DNA of 64,000 nt, from positions 19,096,001-19,160,000 of the forward strand of contig OZ024750.1 of assembly GCA_964016885.1 (NCBI GenBank), given 5' to 3'. The DNA comes from Eledone cirrhosa. Taxonomy: Eukaryota. The notes under the pieces were generated by a model. It saw only the letters and a program-made list of their open reading frames with translations, did not search any database and was not told where the DNA came from. The first letter of the stretch is position 1. Each line of letters begins with the position of its first letter. The translations under genes were made by a program, and so were the position numbers. Below are positions 55,901 through 64,000 of this stretch, piece by piece.

Positions 55901-56591
55901 ATATCTATTTTATCGATCTCTGTTTGGTGAAGCACAAAGTCATGGAACATACACATGGCTAACTGAATGTTTGCATTTGGGAAATTCCTCTCTAAGGTGC
56001 AACTCTGAGCAATGTCATATTTTGTTTTAGCGGGGACCAGCAGTCACTTATGTATGCAAGGCTCTATTATTCACATCACAGATATTGTGAAATTAAAGTC
56101 AAAGTTATATAAAGTTGAGATTGTCAAAGCTGTAATAAATTCAGTTAGCGCGATGAAAAATTTGTCAAGAAATAAATGATAAGTATGGGTTTTTGACAAC
56201 AAAGAATTTTATATCAATTCAACAAATAAGTAAAACCGTGGCTAAAATGACTCTTCCATCATGCAATTGTGTTAGTTTCAGCACACGATCTCAGATCAAT
56301 CCATTTCCCAGAGAACTATAACAATAGTTAAAATGACACTTCTATAATATAATTATCTTTAGTTTCGACAAACAGACTTAGATCATGTCACTCGCACAAC
56401 AAATACATCTCCAAAATTTATAATAGTATCCAGTCGAATAAATTCATATATGACTTCCAAGTCTATTTCATTGAATACTTCGTTGGTTTTTCTAAATTCT
56501 CGTTGTTTTCTTTTCTTTTGGTGTTTCAAAATATAAGATGATACAACGTATATAGACACAAAACATCAATACCACAAAGAGAAACTAAAAT

Positions 56592-56789
56592 ATGTATATA
56601 TATATATATATATATATACATACACATATATACATACATATATATATATATACATACATATATATATATATACATACATATATATATATATACATACATA
56701 TATATATATATACATACATACATATATATATACATACATACATATATATATACATACATACATATATATATACATACATACATATATAT

Positions 56790-56820
<31 letters not shown>

Positions 56821-57125
56821 CATACATATATATATATACATACATATATATATATATACATACATATATATATATCTACATACATATATATATACATACA
56901 TATATATATATATACATACATATATATATATATACATACATATATATATATATACATACATATATATATATATACATACATATATATATATATACATACA
57001 TATATATATATACACATACATATATATATATACATACATACATATATATATACATACATACATACATATATATATATACATACATATATATATACACATA
57101 CATATATATATACATACATACATAT

Positions 57126-57158
<33 letters not shown>

Positions 57159-57456
57159 TACATACATATATATATACATACATACATATATACATACATA
57201 CATATATATATACATACATATATATATACATACATATATATATACATACATATATATATACATACATATATATATACATACATATATATATATATACATA
57301 CATATATATATATATACATACATATATATATATATACATACATATATATATATATACATACATATATATATATATACATACATATATATATATATACATA
57401 CATATATATATACATACATATATATATACATACATATATATATATACATACATATA

Positions 57457-57496
<40 letters not shown>

Positions 57497-57611
57497 CATA
57501 CATATATATATACATACATATATATATATACATACATATATACATACATATATATATACATACATATATATATACATACATATATATATACATACATATA
57601 TATATACATAC

Positions 57612-57645
<34 letters not shown>
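56592..57645. repeat. CATACA(TA)n compound satellite (continues at 58231-58552 and 60912-61598)
   Basis: Read directly. Confidence 0.97.
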
Positions 57646-58230
57646 GGTGGCTGCCAACTCGTTTTCGAGTACGGCCACTACTTTATATCCATGTAGGAGA
57701 ACCCCTACCGAAGCGCTGAACGAGTGTGACTTTTTAGTCCAGCCAGCGACTTGAAAACTCTGGTACAAACACTACACTTGTGACAATTACTGACACATAG
57801 TGCTGGGCCCATGGTACCATGTGACGACAAATGCAGAGAGATCTCCAGATATAAAGCAATGCCTGTGCCGTGAAGCTTTTATAGTGAGCAAAGGCACTGC
57901 ACAAAGCCAGTCCCACTCTCTTAACCAAGATGATATTTGCCAAAAAGAAGAACAAGTCAACATCATTGGATACCATCAGAGTTGCAGGTGTTATATCAGA
58001 GTTTTCCTTCTCCTAGAATTCTGCCTTGACAAAGGCTGGTGTCAGGTCACCAGTTGGTGCTACTGGTAAACCTTTGACAGGTTTTGTTTTTAGTCCTGCA
58101 GGATGTCCAAAGTCACCCTCCTCACCAAGAAACCTTGGTGGGGTTGCCAGTTTAGTCGCCAACGACCCGACCATGAGACAGGTTGTACTGGGATACATGT
58201 TACCAGTGGCACCAAGTGGTGACCTGACAT
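57646..58230 (-). mobile_element. RTE-related 5'-UTR/SINE-like insert with 30-bp internal inverted repeat
   Basis: Minus strand has CTAGGAGAAGGAAAACTCTGA, which I recall from RTE-type 5' regions; inverted repeat at 58040-58069 / 58200-58229. Confidence 0.5.
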
Positions 58231-58569
58231 AGCATACATATATATATACATATATATACATATATATACATACATACATATATATATACATACATATATA
58301 TATACATATATATATACATACATATATATATATACATACATATATATATAAACATACATATATATATACATACATATATATATAAACATACATATATATA
58401 TATACATACATATATACATACATATATATATATACATACATATATATATATACATACATACATATATATATACATACATATATATATACATACATATATA
58501 TATACATACATATATATATACATACATATATATATACATACATATATATATACTGAATACTACAAGGAT

Positions 58570-60378
58570 TTGGTTGAGGAACAACTGAAAGACACAACAT
58601 TCTATCATGAAATACCGTCAAATATAGACCACAACATCATGAAGAAGATCAACAACCTGGCTTCAAAATACCACAACTCATTTACTGATAAGGAAAGAGA
58701 CTACATCACCAATTTTGAGCCGAAACCCAGCAACCTGTATGGCCTACCGAAAGTTCACAAGTCAAAAGAAATACAACTGGCAGTAAGAGAACAAAACAGT
58801 GAGTACATTAAATTATTACACCCAAAAGACTTAAAACTTAGACCTATTATAGCTGGTCCAACATGCCCCACTCACCGTCTAAGCAATTTTGTTGACATTA
58901 TTTTGAAACCACTATGTATTCACATACCCAGTTTCATCCGGGATGATATCGACTTCCTGTCCCATCTTCCCAAAACCACGGAAACGAATTCACTTCTACT
59001 CAGTTTTGATGTGGTAAGCCTTTACACCAACATTACACATGATTTAGGAATAAAGGCGGTTAAATACTGGGTGGAAAAACATAGAGAAGTGATTCCCATT
59101 AGATTCACAGCGCCATTTATATTAGACGCAGTTAAACTTATTCTGGAAAACAACACTTTCTTCTTCAATGGAAAGAATTACATCCAAATTAGAGGCACAG
59201 CGATGGGAACGAAGTTTGCTCCCGTTTACGCGAACTCTGTAATGGGATACTTAGAACAACAACTCTACCAAGAAATAGAGGAAAAATATAGTACTGACTT
59301 TAGAAAGTACATTGAAAAATCTTGGAAGAGATACCTTGACGACTGTTTCATCATCTGGACAGAATCTTTAGATACTCTGGATGAGTTCAATATCCTCCTG
59401 AATAACCTACACCCATCTCTCTAATTCACAAAAGAGATGAGTAGGACCAAATTACCATTCCTAGATATAATGATAATCAAAAACGACACCACCATTACCA
59501 CGGATATATATTATAAACACACAGACACCCATCAATATCTGAATTTTAAGTCGTGCCATCCACCTCATACAAAACGCAACATCCCATACTGCCTAGCCAG
59601 AAGAATTTGTACCATTGTAGAAGATACGAATACCAGGTACAAACGCCTAACAGAACTAAGAGAATTTTTGCTCAAACAAAAATACCCATCTCTACTTATA
59701 GAAAATGGCATACAGCGGGCTATAAAAATACCTATACAACAACTTAGAACAACCCAAAGAAGAAGAAACCAAGAACTGGTCATACCATTTATAATGACAC
59801 ACAACCCATGTCACCAGAATATCTTCAACACTGCCAAAGCAAACCTACCGATCATTGCTCAAAGTAATGAATTAAAAGGCTTAATCACAGATCGATCTTT
59901 GACTCTTAGTAAAAGACAGCCAAAAAATTTGAAGCAATTGCTAACAAAAGCAAAGTTTGACCTTAACAACAAAGACCAATCATTCACTGTATCTAAATGC
60001 AATGATAATCGATGCGGCACATGTCAATCCATACACGCCGGCCAATATATGAAAACAAAAACTGGAAAAATATTCACAAATGCAAATATGAACTGCAAAA
60101 GCAGAAATCTAATTTACTGCATTAAATGCCCGAATTGTGAAGAACTATATGTCGGTCAAACTGGAAATGCACTATCGGAACGTGCACGGGTACACCGTCA
60201 ACAAATCAGAGACCCAAATGTCCGTCAGATACCCCTAAGCGGCCACCTGGCAACATGTGGTCAGGGAATATTTATAATATTCCCATTCTACAAATTACAC
60301 AGCCCAAATAAAATCAAGAGAAAAATCAAAGAAAAGAATTTTATTGATAAATTCAAACCCAAGCTAAATGAACAATAA
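58570..60378 (+). pseudogene. Penelope-like RT + GIY-YIG endonuclease, single in-frame TAA at 59422-59424
   Basis: [46 protein letters not shown]; Cys linker CNDNRCGTC; NLIYCIKCPNCEELYVGQT. The two ORFs are in the same frame (LHPSL*FTKEM). Confidence 0.95.
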
Positions 60379-60584
60379 TAACGCCTAGGGGTATTACTTC
60401 TACTACCACTATGACCACGACCACTAACAACAACAACAACAACAACAATAATAATAATAATAAAAGTGATGTTGATGGTGATGATTAATAGAAAATGCTA
60501 TTTTCATCATTTCAAAAAAGCAAAACAATTGATACGTTGGATATGACTATTGGTCGTTAGCATGCTCAACCAGCCGTGACGCTT

Positions 60585-60695
60585 AAACCAATCAGCTGTA
60601 GTAATTCAGTGAAACAACACACTGATTGGTCGTAATACAGTTTACAGGGCTTTGCATTCTGGAGCCACTTTTCTCTGTATAAAATGTATAAAAGG
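60585..60695 (+). promoter_or_regulatory. Putative internal Pol II promoter of the Penelope terminal repeat
   Basis: AACCAATCAG and inverted CTGATTGGT, then TATAAAA twice, 70-85 bp upstream of the hammerhead. Confidence 0.45.
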
Positions 60696-60756
60696 TAGGA
60701 AATTTACCCATCTCATTACAGTTGAAAATTGCAAACTCGACTGTCACCACATATCA

Positions 60757-60795
60757 TGAACCTGAAGATTGCGAAAGCATGAAAGTACTTGTTCA
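60757..60795 (+). ncRNA. Minimal hammerhead of the coding Penelope element
   Basis: TGAAC-CTGAAGA-T-TGC(GAAA)GCA-T-GAAA-GTAC-TT^-GTTCA. Confidence 0.9.
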
Positions 60796-61029
60796 ATTAA
60801 CACTTAGAATTTAATATTCTATCATACTATTTCATTATAATACCATTATATATATTTTAAAGGATTGTAAATAAAACGAGTAAATCAGACAAAGTTGGAA
60901 TTCCTCTTATTAATACATACATATATATATACATACATATATATATACATACATATATATATATATACATACATATATATATATATACATACATATATAT
61001 ATACATACATATATATATATATACATACA

Positions 61030-61067
<38 letters not shown>

Positions 61068-61329
61068 CATACATATATATATACATACATATATATATAT
61101 ATACATACATATATATATATATACATACATATATATATATATACATACATATATATATATATACATACATATATATATATACATACATATATATATATAC
61201 ATACATATATATATATACATACATATATATATATACATACATATATATATACATACATATATATATATACATACATATATATATACATACATATATATAT
61301 ATACATACATATATATATATACATACATA

Positions 61330-61361
<32 letters not shown>

Positions 61362-61365
61362 CATA

Positions 61366-61397
<32 letters not shown>

Positions 61398-61399
61398 CA

Positions 61400-61435
<36 letters not shown>

Positions 61436-61684
61436 CATACATATATACATACATATATATATACATACATATATACATACATATATATATACATACATAT
61501 ATACATACATATATATATACATACATATATACATATATACATACATATATATATACATACATATATATATATATACATACATATATATATATATACATAA
61601 CTTTGAATAACTTTGAAATGTTTTGGCCAGTATTGGCCCAGGCCATGTCTAACTTAATAGCACCACCTGGCGAAGTCTTTCAAT

Positions 61685-64000
61685 TCAGGATTTGGGCACC
61701 ATGGCCCATTCGAGAAGAGAATTACTGTTTGCGGAGACATATCCGGGTGTGGGTGGTTTGTCCGGGATTACTTGGAGGAATTTGTCCAAAGACTTCTTGA
61801 ATTTTGTGTGGTCAGTTTCTGTTTTGACGTGTCCTGGTGTGATGTTGAAGAGAGCAGGGCCGATTGAGGTGAAATAATTGTGCCGTATTGTTGTTATGAG
61901 TTGCGATTTAGATTTTTGAATGGGACGGATAGCACGGGGCCCAAGTCTTGGGTGTATCTTGAAGGCGATGCCAACATCATTTGGGCAGTGATGATGGAAC
62001 ATTTTCCACATCATGCAGATAATATAACGCTCACGGCGACGTTGGAGTGAGTAAAGTTTCAGGTTTTCCAATCGACCCCAGTAGTCAAGGTCTGACATGC
62101 CATCTATCTTTTTCGTGATTGCCCTTTGAGGAGCTTCAAGTTTCATGATACTTTGTTTCGTGTGGGGAGACCACAGTGGACAACAGTATTCAAGGTGTGG
62201 TCGGGCGAAAGTAGAGAAGAGAAGGATAATGGTGCGGGAATCTCTCGACTGGAAGGTTCTGAGGATCCAGGAACACATTCTGCGGGCCATGTCAACTTTG
62301 CTGCTTATATGCGTGGTCCAGCTTATGTTGCTGTCCACGGTTACTCCCAAGTCTCTGATGTTGTTAGATGCCACGAGAGTTTCCCCGGAGGGAAGGGAGT
62401 ACGGGAGTTTCAGAGCATCCTCTTTTCCAAAGTGGATCAGTTCGAATTTGTCTTCGTTCAGTAACATGTTGTTCTTTTCTGCCCATTGGGTAACAGCCAG
62501 TAGGTCTGACTGAAGGCTTATCCGGTCATCCACGCCATTGATGACCTTTTGGAGCTTGGAATCATCAGCGAAAATTTTAATGTTGCTGTGTTTGATGATG
62601 TCAGTGATGTCATTAATATAGATGATGAAGAGAAGTGGGCCCAACACAGTGCCTTGTGGGACTCCACTACTGACTTTGGCTGGGCTTGATTTGACTCCCT
62701 CAACTACAACATGTTGGGTTCTGTTTGACAGGAAGCTCTTGATCCACTGCAGCAGCTTTCCAGTGACACCAATATTGGACAGCTTTCTCAGTAGAATGTT
62801 ATGATCAACCCTGTCAAAGGCCTTGCTGAAATCAAGGTAGATAACATCAGTGTTGGAACCCTCTCCCAAGGCTCTCAAAATGTCATCAAAGTGATGCAGT
62901 AGTTGCGTCAGGCAATCCCTTCCATTACGGAATCCATGCTGGTTGGAGTTCAGCATATTGTTACTCTCAAGGAAGTGGGTCATTCGCGATATCACCACTC
63001 GCTCAAATACCTTAATGATATGAGAGGTGAGTGAGATTGGACGGTAATTCACGGCAAGGGATTTGTTTCCCTTTTTGAAAACTGGGACAACAGACTGGGA
63101 TAGAAGGTTTTCTGGCACATATCCAGCATCCAGTGAGTTCCGCCACAGATTGGCAAGAGGAGAAGCAAGTTGGTGTTGACACGCCTTCAAGACACAAGCA
63201 GGGAACCTATCGGGACCTACTGCTGAATTATGCTTGATTTCCTTTATTGCCGCCAAGACATCAGGGGCGCCAAACGTTATGTCCGATAAGGTGTAATGGG
63301 GAGTAACATCGCCGATACAGCCCAGATCGGCCATATCAGGATTGCTGAAAACAGAGCAGTATTGTTTCTGCAGTATCTCACCCATGGTTTTAGCATTGTC
63401 TTGAAGAGTGCCATTTTCATCAATTAGAGGGCCAACAGTAGAGCCAGTGATTTTGTGTTTTTTTGCAAATGAAAAGAACACTTTGGGATTGAGTTTGATC
63501 TTCTCAATGGCCCAGGCCTCTTCAGCTCTTCTCTGATTGTTGATGAGGGACATTATGTTGTTTTGGAGGTTATGTTTTTTAATCTCTAGTGATGAAATGG
63601 CAGTCAAGTTGATGTGTTGCTGCTGACAGTATTTCAGCTTGTTGATTTTTTTGTTCGTTCTCTTAATTTTTCTGATGAGTGTTTTTCTATTTCTAGGGAT
63701 TCTGCTCTTAGATTTGTTTATAGTTCTTAATGGGGTGTGTTTAGCACATATGTTTGTAACAGTGTCCACAAATGTCTGCCAGGACTTTTTGATGTTAGTG
63801 GGTGTATGAGTGTGCGTGAAGGACCAGTCGACATGTGCAAGATCATGACTGATCGCTTCCCAGTTTGCATTGTGGAAATCCATAGCGTCAAACGGATGGA
63901 CAGGAGAAATGACATTGGGTTTGTATATTGGACGGTGGAATCTCAGATCACAGAGAACCATGTCATGATCAGAGAGTAGAGTTTTCTCCACTGCAATATT
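61685..64000 (-). CDS. CR1-group LINE ORF2 (end of APE endonuclease + RT), open to the window edge
   Basis: [59 protein letters not shown]; more than 768 codons without a stop; 3' UTR to ~61598 ends in (TTCAAAGTTA)2. Confidence 0.95.
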   Translation of the reverse strand, partial: NIAVEKTLLSDHDMVLCDLRFHRPIYKPNVISPVHPFDAMDFHNANWEAISHDLAHVDWSFTHTHTPTNIKKSWQTFVDTVTNICAKHTPLRTINKSKSRIPRNRKTLIRKIKRTNKKINKLKYCQQQHINLTAISSLEIKKHNLQNNIMSLINNQRRAEEAWAIEKIKLNPKVFFSFAKKHKITGSTVGPLIDENGTLQDNAKTMGEILQKQYCSVFSNPDMADLGCIGDVTPHYTLSDITFGAPDVLAAIKEIKHNSAVGPDRFPACVLKACQHQLASPLANLWRNSLDAGYVPENLLSQSVVPVFKKGNKSLAVNYRPISLTSHIIKVFERVVISRMTHFLESNNMLNSNQHGFRNGRDCLTQLLHHFDDILRALGEGSNTDVIYLDFSKAFDRVDHNILLRKLSNIGVTGKLLQWIKSFLSNRTQHVVVEGVKSSPAKVSSGVPQGTVLGPLLFIIYINDITDIIKHSNIKIFADDSKLQKVINGVDDRISLQSDLLAVTQWAEKNNMLLNEDKFELIHFGKEDALKLPYSLPSGETLVASNNIRDLGVTVDSNISWTTHISSKVDMARRMCSWILRTFQSRDSRTIILLFSTFARPHLEYCCPLWSPHTKQSIMKLEAPQRAITKKIDGMSDLDYWGRLENLKLYSLQRRRERYIICMMWKMFHHHCPNDVGIAFKIHPRLGPRAIRPIQKSKSQLITTIRHNYFTSIGPALFNITPGHVKTETDHTKFKKSLDKFLQVIPDKPPTPGYVSANSNSLLEWAMVPKS

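Larger units (their letters stand above)
58553..60912 (+). mobile_element. 5'-truncated Penelope-like element (Neptune-type) with 3' terminal repeat
   Basis: RT + GIY-YIG ORF, then a UTR with CCAAT/TATA boxes and a hammerhead; inserted in TA-rich satellite. Confidence 0.93.

Noticed and set aside
61692-63979. Small ORFs overlapping the LINE ORF
   Set aside because: Antisense or alternate-frame shadows of the CR1 ORF2.

Overview
This is AT-rich, microsatellite-saturated animal intergenic or intronic DNA, and I found no supportable host gene. The SINE families resemble those known from octopus, so a cephalopod origin is likely (inference). Almost all ORF-track entries are translations of (TA)n, (CA)n or (GAT)n repeats. 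Real coding sequence is limited to transposons: a 5'-truncated Penelope-like element (RT + GIY-YIG, one in-frame stop), an uninterrupted CR1-group LINE ORF2 running off the window, an internally deleted mariner, and decayed fragments of Tx1/L1, RTE, R4/Dong, CRE, HERO-like and a second Penelope-type RT. The main unannotated signal is about 10 sequence-unrelated families of short non-coding inserts in (TA)n tracts. Each carries a minimal type-I hammerhead ribozyme (CTGANGA - stem II - GAAA - palindromic stem III - NUH - stem I), like the one in the 3' end of the coding Penelope element. Many are fold-back palindromes with one arm extended by a tail. Across unrelated families the short arm stops a few nt before a conserved ACTC...GAGT (covarying GCTC...GAGC) hairpin, which may be an undescribed cis signal for Penelope reverse transcription. 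All calls and RNA pairings were made by eye; coordinates are approximate to a few bp.
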